A stretch of 64,000 nt of DNA from assembly GCA_047602425.1 (NCBI GenBank), contig JASGHG010000001.1, positions 4,896,001-4,960,000 of the forward strand, read 5' to 3'. The position numbers and the translations under genes are program-made. The notes below the pieces were generated by a model. That model was not told where the DNA came from, did not search any database, and saw only the letters and a program-made list of their open reading frames with translations. Below, piece by piece: positions 27,323-38,283 of the stretch (its first letter is position 1; every line of letters begins with the position of its first letter). Source of the DNA: Nibricoccus sp. (GTDB lineage Bacteria; Verrucomicrobiota; Verrucomicrobiia; Opitutales; Opitutaceae).

Positions 27323-29821
27323 TCAGGGTTTCAACCTGAGAATCGTGAAAGACCAGGGCGGCAGCGTTCGGTCAAATTGCGGACCTTTCACGGCCACCGC
27401 TTCCACGCTGGGCTGCACACGATTCGGTTCTTCGAAAGTATTGTCGTGTTCGGGCTCGGCGCCCGTCAGCAGCGTGGCCGTGCCGGTGAGATTCTTTGCG
27501 GCGATCCCGGCAAGATTGATTCGCACCGTTTGGGCCTTTTCGGTGGTATTGGTGATGCCAACGACGATCTCGCCCGTTGCGGCAATCCGTCCGGCCGACG
27601 CGAAGACGCTACTGTAAGGTTGGCAGTCGGCTTCCTGGATGAACTGGCCGTCCTGATAGCATTTCACCGACGATCCCTTAACCTCAATACGGTACTCGTG
27701 CCATTGCCCAACCACCACGTTTCCTGGCACGTAGGGATCGGTCGCGCCGGGGATTTCCAAGCGATCCTGCACGCCGCCGATGACACCGACACGCCAGGTG
27801 GATTCCCGACCACCCTGACCGGCAAAATTGATCATGAACCCATCGTTACCACCAATCTTGCGGGCTTTGAGCGTAAGGGTGTAATTAGACCAGCTCGGAT
27901 CGCCTGCATATGCGCAATGTTCGCCCATCGGATTCGATTGCCTGAAGGCGCCATCTTCAATCGACCAATCGCCGCTGCGCGGTGTCCAGCCGTCGGCGTT
28001 TTTGGAAAAATCGCTTTCGAGCAGCGTCTTGCCGTCCTTGACTACTTTGACGTCCTTGAATTCGGCCTGGCTGAAGGTCGTGCCAAATCCAATACGTCCG
28101 GTCAAAGCGGGTGGCACGACCGTGGGCGCTTGCACTTGCACCGGCACGACTGTATCCGGACGGTTTTGCCCAAGCAAGGCCTGCACGTGGTAGCTCGGCG
28201 TGCGAATGACGTGGCTATTGTCGAACCAGATCAAATCGGGTCCCCACTGCACGTGATTCACGTTGGCGAGCAATGGCGCGTACGAGGACATCGCCACCAC
28301 GTCGGCATTGCGCCAAAGGCCCATGGCAAAGGAAGCTTCGGCAATGGCGGAGCGAAGATTGTTGCGCCGGTTGTGATCGTGCGCGGCATATTCGCCGACG
28401 AAGATTTTTGGACCTTTCCGATCATAGCTGTCGTAGCGGTTGTTGAATTGGAAAAACCACTGCGGTGGGCGATAGTAGTGTTCATCGACGATATCGGCGG
28501 GCGTGCCCGATTTGAATTTTCCCCAGGCGAACTTGAAAAACCCGTCGTTTTCCTGCGGACCGGCCGTCGTGATCAGCGCGATCTCGGGATGCTTCGCTTT
28601 CAGCGCCTTGTAGAAGATGTCGTAGCGATCGAAATACTCCTGCATCCATTGCTCGTTGCCCACGCCGAGATATTTTAAGTTGAACGGCGCGGGATGCCCC
28701 ATCTTCGCGCGGAGGGCGCCCCACTTCGTGCTCACGGGACCGTTGGCGAATTCGATCAGGTCGAGCGCATCTTGAACGTAAGGCTGAAGCTGATCGAGCG
28801 GGACGTGAGTGCCACCGCGAGCCTGGCAGCACATGCCGCAATTTAATACGGGGAGTGGTTCGGCACCGATATCCTCGCAGAATTGAAAGTATTCGTAGAA
28901 GCCGAGTCCGTAGGTTTGGTGATATTGCGGCGAAGCGTCGTTGGACCAAAGATTCCAGTTTTGTTTGCGCTCAGCGACGTCGCCCACGGTATCTTTCCAG
29001 CGGTACATGTCCGCGTGAGCCGAACCTTCAACCACGCAACCACCGGGAAAGCGCAGGAAGCCGGGCTTGATGTCGGCCAGCGTCTGCGCGAGGTCGGCGC
29101 GCAAGCCGTTGGCGCGGTTTTTAAAAGTCTTCGCTGGGAAAAGCGACGCCATGTCCACATCGACCTCGCCGGGGGTAGTAGCCACGACGACAAGGCAGGC
29201 TTTGGCTTCATCGACGGCCGTCTTTAAGTCGCATTCGTACTTTTTCCACTCCGTCCCGATCTCTTCGATATGCTGCACTGCGAGCATGCGACCTCGAGCG
29301 TCTTCAAGTATTATGCGAAGCGCAGTTTGTTTTCCCGTATAGCGACGTGCATAAACGGAGAAGTGGTAAGTTTCGCCGGCCTGAAGCCTGATGCCGTCGA
29401 AGCCCGAGTTCACTGCGGCCACGCCGCCCATGCCGGCCTTCGTAACTTCCAGGCGAAGGAAGTGCGGGTTGTTGGCGTTGAGCGCACGGTCGCTCATGAC
29501 CGCAATTTTACCCTCCGCGCCGCCCTGAAGGCTCTGGGTCCACGCGTACATCGCATCGCGGTGTTCAAATGACCGGTTTTGCACCAGTTCGGCATAAAGA
29601 CCGCCATCGGCACCATAATTAATGTCTTCGAAGAACAGGCCATGCAGCGTCGGCGCCACCGAAATACCCGGCTTGTCGGTTTGGATATTTAACGTCACTG
29701 GTTCCGCGACCGCGAGGCTGGCGGACAAGCCCACGATGGCCAAAAACGAGGCCGGGCAAAATGAACGACGAAGTTGAAGTGACGGAGTCATAATGGATCT
29801 TTTTGGTGTTTTGGGGGACAT
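27323..29821 (-). CDS. GH51 alpha-L-arabinofuranosidase with an extra beta-sandwich insert
   Basis: GLFFEDINYG, AELVQNRSFE, RFPGGC, GVGNE, DEHYY, VGEYA, SYAPL; start may be 29791. Confidence 0.92.
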   Translation of the reverse strand: MSPKTPKRSIMTPSLQLRRSFCPASFLAIVGLSASLAVAEPVTLNIQTDKPGISVAPTLHGLFFEDINYGADGGLYAELVQNRSFEHRDAMYAWTQSLQGGAEGKIAVMSDRALNANNPHFLRLEVTKAGMGGVAAVNSGFDGIRLQAGETYHFSVYARRYTGKQTALRIILEDARGRMLAVQHIEEIGTEWKKYECDLKTAVDEAKACLVVVATTPGEVDVDMASLFPAKTFKNRANGLRADLAQTLADIKPGFLRFPGGCVVEGSAHADMYRWKDTVGDVAERKQNWNLWSNDASPQYHQTYGLGFYEYFQFCEDIGAEPLPVLNCGMCCQARGGTHVPLDQLQPYVQDALDLIEFANGPVSTKWGALRAKMGHPAPFNLKYLGVGNEQWMQEYFDRYDIFYKALKAKHPEIALITTAGPQENDGFFKFAWGKFKSGTPADIVDEHYYRPPQWFFQFNNRYDSYDRKGPKIFVGEYAAHDHNRRNNLRSAIAEASFAMGLWRNADVVAMSSYAPLLANVNHVQWGPDLIWFDNSHVIRTPSYHVQALLGQNRPDTVVPVQVQAPTVVPPALTGRIGFGTTFSQAEFKDVKVVKDGKTLLESDFSKNADGWTPRSGDWSIEDGAFRQSNPMGEHCAYAGDPSWSNYTLTLKARKIGGNDGFMINFAGQGGRESTWRVGVIGGVQDRLEIPGATDPYVPGNVVVGQWHEYRIEVKGSSVKCYQDGQFIQEADCQPYSSVFASAGRIAATGEIVVGITNTTEKAQTVRINLAGIAAKNLTGTATLLTGAEPEHDNTFEEPNRVQPSVEAVAVKGPQFDRTLPPWSFTILRLKP

Positions 29822-29990
29822 ACATCCGCCCTGAATTGCCGATACTTATATAAGCGAAATCCACGGTCCAAACCCGACACCGTTTCTGCAAAATCCCGCA
29901 AATTGATCTCACCAAAATTCATTACCCGACGCGAACTATCGCATTTCTCGCTTTGCGGGCGCGCCTTTTCTGTTTTCCCTACCTGTTTAC

Positions 29991-32813
29991 ATGAGTAGCC
30001 GCCTTCTCAAACATGCGCTGGAACGCCTGAATTTCACGGGGGAAGTCCCCAAGGCCCAACGTCTTGCTGCGTGCAAAAATTTCCTTCAGCTCGAAGGCGC
30101 TCATATCGTCGCTCAGCACCAGGCTGGCGAGTCCGGCCTCGCCGTCGTCCGCGCCCGCTCCGCGATGATCGACGTGATGCTGCTACACCTTTTCGATTAC
30201 GCCGTGGCGGCTTGGAACCGCTCCAATGGTTCCCTCGCCTCCAACGTCTGCCTGGTCGCCTTGGGCGGTTATGGCCGCGGCGAACTCAGCCCGCTGAGCG
30301 ACATCGACATCATGTTCCTTTTTCCGTCGAAGGTTAAACCGACGGTCGTCAAGCCGCTGCAAGAGCATCTGATCAACGAAATCCTCTACATTCTCTGGGA
30401 CTGCGGCCTTAAGGTCGGTCATTCCACGCGCACCGTGGACGATGTCTTCACCGAGGCGCGCGCGGAAATTCAGTCCAAAACAGCCTTGCTGGAATCCCGC
30501 CTGATCGCTGGTTCTCAGGAGTTGTTCGGTACGTTCGCCCAGGCCTACGAAAATTTCTACCGCAACGAGAATCCCCGCGGCTACATCGCCGCGCGCCTCG
30601 AGGATCAGTCGACCCGCCGCGCCAAATACGGCAACACGGTCTTCCTTCAGGAGCCGGACATCAAAAACGGCGTCGGCGCGCTGCGTGACTATCAAAATAC
30701 TTTCTGGATGGCCCGGGTGAAGCTCGGCATCACGTCCATCGACGATCTGGCGACGCAAAATTACCTCACGCGAAACGACGCGCGCGATTTCCAACGCGCC
30801 TACGATTTTCTCCTGCGCGTCCGCAACGAACTACATTTCAGCACCAAACATCCGACCGATACGCTCAGCCTCGACGCCCAGCCCCGCGTAGGCCTTGGGC
30901 TTGGTTATACCGCGAACAATACCCTGCAACGCGTCGAGCTGTTCATGCACGATTATTATCGTGCAGCGCAAAAGATCTATCGCGTTTCTAAAACCCTGGA
31001 AAGCCGGCTCGCGCTCTCGCTCGAAAAACCCGAAGGCTTGCGCGGCTCCTTCCGCGAGGTCCTGCGCTCGTACCGTTTTCAACGCAGCAAACGCCTCGAC
31101 GGTTTCGTCCTGCGCGGTCGCGAACTCACCGCCGAAACACCCGAGGTTTTTAAAGAAGATCCCGCGCGGCTCATCCGTGTTTTCCGCCACTGCCAGCAGC
31201 TCGACGCCCTGCCCGATTTTGCGTTGCAAACGCTCATCCGTGAGTCGCTTCCGCTCATCACCGAACAGATCACCGAATCGGCCGATGCCAACACGAGTTT
31301 TAAAGCCATTCTCAGTGAAGCAGGCTCGGTGTATCCCATTCTGGAGCTCATGCACGAGTTGGGCGTGCTCGGTCGTTATATTCCCGAATTCGACGCCCTC
31401 ACCTGCCTTGTCCAACACGAGTTTTATCATCGTTACACGGCCGACATTCACACGCTTCACGCCATCCGTGAACTCGACCGGATTTTCGCCGTCGCCGAAC
31501 CGATGTGCGCGAAGTACCGCGAAGTGCTCCACGAAACGCCGGACCCGACGCTACTCTATTTGATTTTGCTTCTTCACGACATCGGCAAGGCCAAGGGCAT
31601 CAAAGGCCACGCCGAGTTTGGAGTGGAAATCGCGCTCCCACTGCTCAAACGCCTTCAAATCGACCCGGCGAGTAGCGAAATCGTTACGTTTATCATCAAA
31701 AATCATCTCATTATGGCACGCTTTTGGCAGAGGCGGGATGTTGATGATCCGCAAACTGCCATCGCTTTCGCCGAACAGGTGGACTCCGCCGATAAATTGC
31801 GCTATCTCTATGTCCATACTTTTTGCGACGCACGCGGGACGTCCGCCGGCCTCTGGAACAGCTACAAAGACACTCTCCATTCCTCCCTCTTTCGCACGAC
31901 TCTCGAACGTCTGATTCACGGTCAGGCCACCGAAACCCGGAATTCTGAACGCACCCAAATGAAGCACCAGGAACTGATCTCCAAGACCATCCCCGGCATC
32001 AGCCAAGACGAAATCACGGCGCATTTTAATCTACTGCCCGAGCGCTATTTCATCCACGCCGACACCTCCGAGGTCGCACTTCACATCCAGATGGTGAACA
32101 AACTTCTCCATTCGATCAGCACCGCGGATTCCGTCGGTTCGCTCAAACCCGTGATCGATTGGAAAGACGATCTCAACCGCAGCCTGACTGTCGTCAATGT
32201 CGTCACGTGGGATCGGGCCGGCCTTTTCTATAAACTCGCGGGCGCTTTCAGCGTCGCGGGCCTCAATATTCTCGGAGCCAAGGTCATTTCCCGTACCGAC
32301 CATATCGCCATCGACACTTTCCACGTGGTCGAGCCCAACCGCGGCGTCGTGCAGAATCAGATCGCGATGGAAACTTTCGCCAAAACGATCGAGCAGGCCC
32401 TCGTCGCCAACAAAGACCTCTATCCCGAGATCATGGCGCAGGCCAACAAGTATACCAGCCGCTACACCACGACCCAGACGCCCGGCGAAACCCTCCACGG
32501 CTCCTTCCCACCCATCGTCGAGGTCTACCACGAACTCTCGATGAAACGAACCATCGTCGAGATCCAGGCGCACGACCAGATTGGCCTGCTCTACCTGCTC
32601 GCCAAGGCCATTTACGACCATGGCTTTGACATCACGTTCGCACGCATCGGCACGGAACGCGGCATCGCCATCGACACTTTCTACATCGAAAACGTGAATC
32701 GCGATGCCACGGAAGACACTTCCCGCCTTCACGCGTTGCGCGACGCTCTCACGACCATCGTCACTCCGGCGGTCGTCACCGCCGAAGCGGCACCGACCGC
32801 CGCCGGTAAGTAA
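29991..32813 (+). CDS. glnD: [Protein-PII] uridylyltransferase / uridylyl-removing enzyme
   Basis: ALGGYGRGELSPLSDID, EPDIKNGVGALRD, YHRYTADIH, LLHDIGK HD motif, two C-terminal ACT domains. Confidence 0.96.
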   Translation: MSSRLLKHALERLNFTGEVPKAQRLAACKNFLQLEGAHIVAQHQAGESGLAVVRARSAMIDVMLLHLFDYAVAAWNRSNGSLASNVCLVALGGYGRGELSPLSDIDIMFLFPSKVKPTVVKPLQEHLINEILYILWDCGLKVGHSTRTVDDVFTEARAEIQSKTALLESRLIAGSQELFGTFAQAYENFYRNENPRGYIAARLEDQSTRRAKYGNTVFLQEPDIKNGVGALRDYQNTFWMARVKLGITSIDDLATQNYLTRNDARDFQRAYDFLLRVRNELHFSTKHPTDTLSLDAQPRVGLGLGYTANNTLQRVELFMHDYYRAAQKIYRVSKTLESRLALSLEKPEGLRGSFREVLRSYRFQRSKRLDGFVLRGRELTAETPEVFKEDPARLIRVFRHCQQLDALPDFALQTLIRESLPLITEQITESADANTSFKAILSEAGSVYPILELMHELGVLGRYIPEFDALTCLVQHEFYHRYTADIHTLHAIRELDRIFAVAEPMCAKYREVLHETPDPTLLYLILLLHDIGKAKGIKGHAEFGVEIALPLLKRLQIDPASSEIVTFIIKNHLIMARFWQRRDVDDPQTAIAFAEQVDSADKLRYLYVHTFCDARGTSAGLWNSYKDTLHSSLFRTTLERLIHGQATETRNSERTQMKHQELISKTIPGISQDEITAHFNLLPERYFIHADTSEVALHIQMVNKLLHSISTADSVGSLKPVIDWKDDLNRSLTVVNVVTWDRAGLFYKLAGAFSVAGLNILGAKVISRTDHIAIDTFHVVEPNRGVVQNQIAMETFAKTIEQALVANKDLYPEIMAQANKYTSRYTTTQTPGETLHGSFPPIVEVYHELSMKRTIVEIQAHDQIGLLYLLAKAIYDHGFDITFARIGTERGIAIDTFYIENVNRDATEDTSRLHALRDALTTIVTPAVVTAEAAPTAAGK

Positions 32814-32831
32814 TTGCGCGACAGCCGAGGA

Positions 32832-35693
32832 TCAATGCCGCGGTCCTGAAACCGCTTTGACCGTCGCCGTGGCGGACTTCAGACCTTCCGCTTCGACCAC
32901 CAGACGGACGTCGCCGGGATTGCGTGGCGCTTGCACGATCACTTGTGCAAGACCGTTGAAGAGGTCGCGCTGAACCTGCGGCGCGGCTGTCGTCACGCGA
33001 AGAGTTCCCAACCGTTCCGATTGGGGCAAACGGCGGCGACCATCTTCGAAAGGCGTCACCAGCAATCGCACATGGTTTTCGCCAGCCACCAGCATCGTCG
33101 CATCGAGCTTGAGTGACGGTCCCACGAGGGTGGTATCGAGATCGCGCGCCATTTCGCGTCCATTCAGCCAAACGGTGGTCTTCGAACCCAGCGAGGGCAG
33201 AAACAGATCGAGCGTGGCGCCGGCTGTTAGTGACGATGTGGAGAAGTCGGCCGCCAATTCGTAGAGCTCGCCCGGTTTAGGCAGCGGCGCTTTCCAATCA
33301 CCCAGAACCATTAGTGGCTTCAACTCCGTCGCCGCAGCCTCTTTTGTATTCGCAGCCACCATACAGCCGCGCCAGTGCGCGACCGGGGTAAAAGCATAGG
33401 TGGGATGATATTGATCGGGTTCGAGGCACGAAGGATCGCCGTTGCCTACACCAAGAATTTTACCACCAGTGATCGTGAATTTCGCTGGTAAACAGGCCGT
33501 GGGAACAACGCGCCCCTGCGCATCGCGCGCCTCAACGGCAAAGACCGTCGCATCGGTTCCGTCCGCGGTGATTGTCGTACGGTCGGGTGTCAGGACAAGT
33601 TGCGTCGCCGGACCAGTCGTTTCCACGCGGGCCGTTTCGACGAGTTTGCCCGCGCGATAACCACGAGCCTCGATGGTACCCGGCGCGTAGGCGACCGTCC
33701 ATTCCACGCGGTCATTGCGCGGCATGGCTTTTTTGCCCAGCGAGGCGCCGTTGAGGAAAAGTTCGACCTCATCGTGATTCGTGTAGCAGCCGACCTTGAT
33801 CGACTGACCTTCGCGCCCGGTCCAATTCCAATGCGGATAAATGTGCAGCACCGGACGGTCCGTCCACCAGGCCTGCAAATAATAAAAGCTGTCCTTCGCA
33901 AAGCCGCATGAATCGAGCAAACCGAACTGCGTGCTGTGCGTCGGATAAGCAAACGGCGTCGGTTCGCCGCGGTAGTCCAAACCAGTCCAATAGAACAAAC
34001 CCGCCAGGTACGGACGCTCCGCGTAGTGCTTCCAGCCCTTGATGCAGTTGCCACCCGAGTCGCCGATCCCATCGGGATCGTGCGCAAGATGCCCACGCTT
34101 CCGGTCGGTAAAATAAACTCCGCGAGTGCACTGTGTCGTCGTTTCCTCCGTGCCGATGCCGGGCTGCTCGGGAAATTTCCTGTGCTGCTCATCCGTGCTG
34201 CCGTGGGTGTAATAATTGTAACCCATCACGTCGGCGGTGGTCGAACTCCCAGCGCCCCAACCACCGCTAATCGCCACAGTCGTCCGGCGTGTGGGATCGA
34301 GCCGCTGCGCGACGGCTTGCATACTGGCGGTGATGCGCGCCCCTTTTTCGTTGCCTTCAATCGCCCACTCCTCGTTGCCGACCGACCAGATGATTACGCT
34401 CGGATGATTGCGGTCGCGACGAATCATGGCCTCCAGCTGGCGCAATTGCTCCGGGCTTGGCCCCATCAACCGATTCTCGTCGATGACCAATACACCAAGC
34501 CGGTCGCAGGCGTCGAGAAACGCCGGCGAGGGTGGTTCGTGCGAGGTGCGAACGGCGTTGCAGCCCATCTCCTTCAAGCGACGCAGCCGAAACTCATGAA
34601 GCGCATCGGGCAGCGCCACCCCGACTCCCGCGTGGTCCTGGTGCAGGTTCACACCTTTGAGCAGAACGTGGTTTCCGTTTAGGAAGAAGCCTTGATTCGG
34701 GTCAAAACGCACGCTGCGAATCCCGAAAGGCGTTTCGTATCGGTCGACGATCTTTCCCTCCGAGCGCACGAGTGTGACCAGCCGGTAACGCGCCGGAATA
34801 TCCACCGACCAAAGCCGGGGATTCGACACTTTCATGACCTGCGTCACCTCAGATTTTCCGCCGGCCGCCAAAGCACCCTCTTCGCTAACGCTTCGAGCGA
34901 CTTCGCCGCCGTCTGGATCCTCAACAATTTGCTCAACGACAAATCTCGCTCCGCCGACACCGTCGTTCACGACCGTTACAGTCGCAGCAATCTCCGCCGA
35001 ATCGCTCTGAAGTGTAGTCGCCACAAACGTTCCCCACATGGGCACGTGTAGCGGCGAGGTCTTCGTCAACCAAACGTGGCGGTAAATTCCCGCGCCTTCG
35101 TAGTACCAGCCTTCCTCCAGGGTGGCATCGGCACGAACTGTGATGACGTTTTCGCCGCCATAGTTCAAATAGTCGGTTAGATCGTAGCAAAATCCCGTCG
35201 AGGCGCTCGGCTGGCGACCGAGATAAAAGCCGTTCACCCAAACCACACTGTCGCGAAAGACGCCTTCAAACTCGATCGACACGCGCCGCCCCAAATCCGA
35301 AGCCGACACGTGAAAAGTCTTGCGATACCAACCGACGCTGCGCTCGGGGTACCTGCGGCCGATGGCTTTGTAGCCATGACTGTGACTTCCATCACCGGCA
35401 AAAGGCGCTTCCACCGCCCAATCGTGTGGTAGATCGAGCTGGCGCCAGGCGCGGTCGTCGAATTTCGGCGCCGCCGGACCATCACCGTAACCAGCCTTTG
35501 CGACATAAGAAAAATAACTGGTGGCATGATCGAAGTCCTTTGAGGTATCAAACGCGTGACCAAACGAAAAGCGCCAGTCAGCGTCGAAACTAAGCCGTTC
35601 GCGCGGCGAAGAGATTTCGGCTGCGGCAAACGAAGTCACACAAGCCACCGCAAAACACACGGCGGCGATCCAGGGGCGGAGTAACACGTTCAT
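32832..35693 (-). CDS. GH2 beta-galactosidase
   Basis: LPHDW, GWYRK, FEGV, GAGIYR, HQDHAGVG, RTSH, RDRNHPSVIIWSVGNEE, WTGLDYRGEP, GVGNGDP. Confidence 0.92.
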   Translation of the reverse strand: MNVLLRPWIAAVCFAVACVTSFAAAEISSPRERLSFDADWRFSFGHAFDTSKDFDHATSYFSYVAKAGYGDGPAAPKFDDRAWRQLDLPHDWAVEAPFAGDGSHSHGYKAIGRRYPERSVGWYRKTFHVSASDLGRRVSIEFEGVFRDSVVWVNGFYLGRQPSASTGFCYDLTDYLNYGGENVITVRADATLEEGWYYEGAGIYRHVWLTKTSPLHVPMWGTFVATTLQSDSAEIAATVTVVNDGVGGARFVVEQIVEDPDGGEVARSVSEEGALAAGGKSEVTQVMKVSNPRLWSVDIPARYRLVTLVRSEGKIVDRYETPFGIRSVRFDPNQGFFLNGNHVLLKGVNLHQDHAGVGVALPDALHEFRLRRLKEMGCNAVRTSHEPPSPAFLDACDRLGVLVIDENRLMGPSPEQLRQLEAMIRRDRNHPSVIIWSVGNEEWAIEGNEKGARITASMQAVAQRLDPTRRTTVAISGGWGAGSSTTADVMGYNYYTHGSTDEQHRKFPEQPGIGTEETTTQCTRGVYFTDRKRGHLAHDPDGIGDSGGNCIKGWKHYAERPYLAGLFYWTGLDYRGEPTPFAYPTHSTQFGLLDSCGFAKDSFYYLQAWWTDRPVLHIYPHWNWTGREGQSIKVGCYTNHDEVELFLNGASLGKKAMPRNDRVEWTVAYAPGTIEARGYRAGKLVETARVETTGPATQLVLTPDRTTITADGTDATVFAVEARDAQGRVVPTACLPAKFTITGGKILGVGNGDPSCLEPDQYHPTYAFTPVAHWRGCMVAANTKEAAATELKPLMVLGDWKAPLPKPGELYELAADFSTSSLTAGATLDLFLPSLGSKTTVWLNGREMARDLDTTLVGPSLKLDATMLVAGENHVRLLVTPFEDGRRRLPQSERLGTLRVTTAAPQVQRDLFNGLAQVIVQAPRNPGDVRLVVEAEGLKSATATVKAVSGPRH

Positions 35694-35789
35694 GCCTTCG
35701 CAGAAAATACTGAAATACTGCCGAGGCGAGATGATTTAACGTTAATTCACGCTTATTTTCGCCTTCTTCCGGCTTTTTGTGGCCCGCGT

Positions 35790-38165
35790 TCATTTCCGGA
35801 TTGTCCACTTCACCTGCCCGGCAAGTGGATCGTTGCGCAAAGCAAATCCATTGGGCCCGCGTTCGATTTCGATGTTTTTCGTGGCACTCGTTGTCGGCAA
35901 ATACACCAGCCCGCTAGCTGACTTTTTCGTTTCCGTCGCGTAGACGACAAGCTCCAGCTTCGACCAATCCATCTGGGCCGTCGATTGAGCCAGCGCGATG
36001 TGCGGAAGCACGGTGCCGTCACGCACCAAGATCACTGCGGCAACTTTCCCGGCTTCGATTCGGTGCCATCCGCGCTCGTACACGCGTCCGGTTTGGTAAT
36101 CGATCCAGCGCCCCGAAGGCAGATACACTTCGCGCGCCTTTGCGCCTGGCTCGAACAGCGGCGCTACGTACAGACTCGACCCCAGCAGATAGGCATCATC
36201 GACCAACCACGCGCCAGGGTCATCGGGAAACTCGATAAATAATGCCCGCGTCATCGGCAGTCCACGCTCGGCGCTGTCCTTGGCCTGCGCGTAAACGTAG
36301 GGCATCAACCGATATTTCAGCTCCGTCGTGGCGCGGAAATCGTTCTCCAATTCCGTACCATATTCCCACGGCTCACGCGGCGGCGATCCATGACAACGGC
36401 TGTGCGAGGTCAACAGGCCGAAAGCCAACCAGCGACGATATAAATCTGGCGATGGCCGTCCGAAAAATCCCCCGATGTCGTGACTCCAAAACGAAAATCC
36501 GCACACACCGAGCGAAAGCCCGGCGCGCAACGTTCCCGCCATGGACGAATCGGTATTGTGCGCATCGCCACTCCAATGCAGCGGATAGCGCTGACTTCCC
36601 GCCCATCCAGCCCGCGCCCAGATGATATCTCCGCCCGTCGTGGAATGCGTGATCTCCGCCACCGTTTTTTGGTAACGGAGAGGATAAAGATTATGTTCAT
36701 AGAAACCGGTTCGGCCCGACGCATAAAGTCCGCTCTCCGGCGCCGCTTCGCCAAAATCCACCTTGATCGCGCCAACGCCCATTTTCAGCAATCCCGCGAT
36801 ATTTTCCTGATACCATGCGACGGCCTCAGGATTCGAGAAATCGAGAATGGCGTCCTCCGTAGGCAGGCCGCCCTTCGCATCTTTTACGGCAAACCCGCGT
36901 GAGACGATTTCCGGGAAAAGCTGGTTTTGCGGAATAAAGTACGGCAGTTGCCAAAGCGACACGCGGAAGCCTTCCTGCTTCAAATCGGCAATCATCTTCA
37001 GCGGATCTTTGAAGCGCGTCGTGGAGAATTTGTAGTCGCATTGCCAATCCGTCTCGAACCAACCGGTATCGAGATGAATCACGTCGCACGGGATTTTGTG
37101 TTCCCGCAACTTCGCCGCCACCGCGCGCACTTCATCTTCGGCTTTGTAGGTGATCCGGCTCATCCATAGGCCAAACGACCACAACGGCGGCATCGCCGCG
37201 TGGCCTGTGAGTTCCGTGTAGGCACCGATGACCTCCTTCGGATTGCCCAGGAAAATAAATAAATCGAGTTCGTCATCGCCTATGGTCAGAGCGTTGCGCC
37301 CAGCATCCGTCGCTCCAAAATCGCAGGTGATCGGCGACGACGTGTGCATGAACATGCCATAACCACGGCTGCTCAGGAAAAATGGAACCGGTTTGTACAT
37401 CTCGCGACTCTCCGCACCCAGTACGTCGTGCGACCAGAGCACCAGTTTCTGTCCACGCTTGTCAAAATTCGTGTACGATTCGCCGCCACCAAAAATCTTT
37501 TCGCCCGGTGCCAGCGAAAACACCGCCGCCACATTTCGTGAATAATCCTCAGCCCGACGTACGAACGAAAATGGCAGTTCGGCTTTCTCCGTTACGGTTT
37601 GCGTGAGCAAGCGTCCGGCCGCATCGCGAATCTCAATCCGCCAGGGTTTTTCGTTCAGCACGACCGAGCCCTTTGTACTCTTGAATTCCCAGCCGCCTTC
37701 GATCTTCGTGCGCGTCCACGAACCATCTGCCACCGGCTCACGCACAAGCATGAGTGAAGCCTCCTTGGTGGGACGGGGAGTGGCGCTTGTGGCCATGCGC
37801 AGGCGAATTGTACGCGGTGAAACAAACTCCAGCGAAAATGGCAGCGCTGGATCAACCGCGTAGGCGGTGCGCGGCCATTCGTTACCCTTGGGAAGTGGTT
37901 CGTAGGTGGAACTTGTATTGTTGAACGACATGCCCCACGTGTACGCCGAGCGTTTCCAGCCAAGCTTCCCCGCGCCGGTGGCCAGATCGAATTCCGCGAC
38001 CCGCTCCGCCACAAAATACGTGTTGGCAAAATCGCGAAACGCCGCGCTCACATCGATCGGCGCGCTCAGTGTGCGTTGCGACGTGACATCGGCGACGCTT
38101 GATCCAGCCAGCCCTAGAAAAGCAAAGAATGCAGCCGCACAACCTCGGGGAGTTACTAAGTTCAT
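35790..38165 (-). CDS. GH31 alpha-xylosidase (YicI-like)
   Basis: YKPVPF, PLWSFGLW, IHLDTGW, IKVDFGE, HWSGD, WSHDIGGF, SHSRCHG. Confidence 0.9.
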   Translation of the reverse strand: MNLVTPRGCAAAFFAFLGLAGSSVADVTSQRTLSAPIDVSAAFRDFANTYFVAERVAEFDLATGAGKLGWKRSAYTWGMSFNNTSSTYEPLPKGNEWPRTAYAVDPALPFSLEFVSPRTIRLRMATSATPRPTKEASLMLVREPVADGSWTRTKIEGGWEFKSTKGSVVLNEKPWRIEIRDAAGRLLTQTVTEKAELPFSFVRRAEDYSRNVAAVFSLAPGEKIFGGGESYTNFDKRGQKLVLWSHDVLGAESREMYKPVPFFLSSRGYGMFMHTSSPITCDFGATDAGRNALTIGDDELDLFIFLGNPKEVIGAYTELTGHAAMPPLWSFGLWMSRITYKAEDEVRAVAAKLREHKIPCDVIHLDTGWFETDWQCDYKFSTTRFKDPLKMIADLKQEGFRVSLWQLPYFIPQNQLFPEIVSRGFAVKDAKGGLPTEDAILDFSNPEAVAWYQENIAGLLKMGVGAIKVDFGEAAPESGLYASGRTGFYEHNLYPLRYQKTVAEITHSTTGGDIIWARAGWAGSQRYPLHWSGDAHNTDSSMAGTLRAGLSLGVCGFSFWSHDIGGFFGRPSPDLYRRWLAFGLLTSHSRCHGSPPREPWEYGTELENDFRATTELKYRLMPYVYAQAKDSAERGLPMTRALFIEFPDDPGAWLVDDAYLLGSSLYVAPLFEPGAKAREVYLPSGRWIDYQTGRVYERGWHRIEAGKVAAVILVRDGTVLPHIALAQSTAQMDWSKLELVVYATETKKSASGLVYLPTTSATKNIEIERGPNGFALRNDPLAGQVKWTIRK

Positions 38166-38283
38166 CCGTTCAGCAAAAACCGTTGCTACCGAAGTCCAAT
38201 CTTAAACTTCATTCGCCGATCGATCCAATCCATCGCTCGACAACGCACGCCGACTCCGACTACATCGACCGAATATTTGCCCC

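Noticed and set aside
27377..28678. 433 aa + strand ORF
   Set aside because: Antisense to the well-supported GH51 gene
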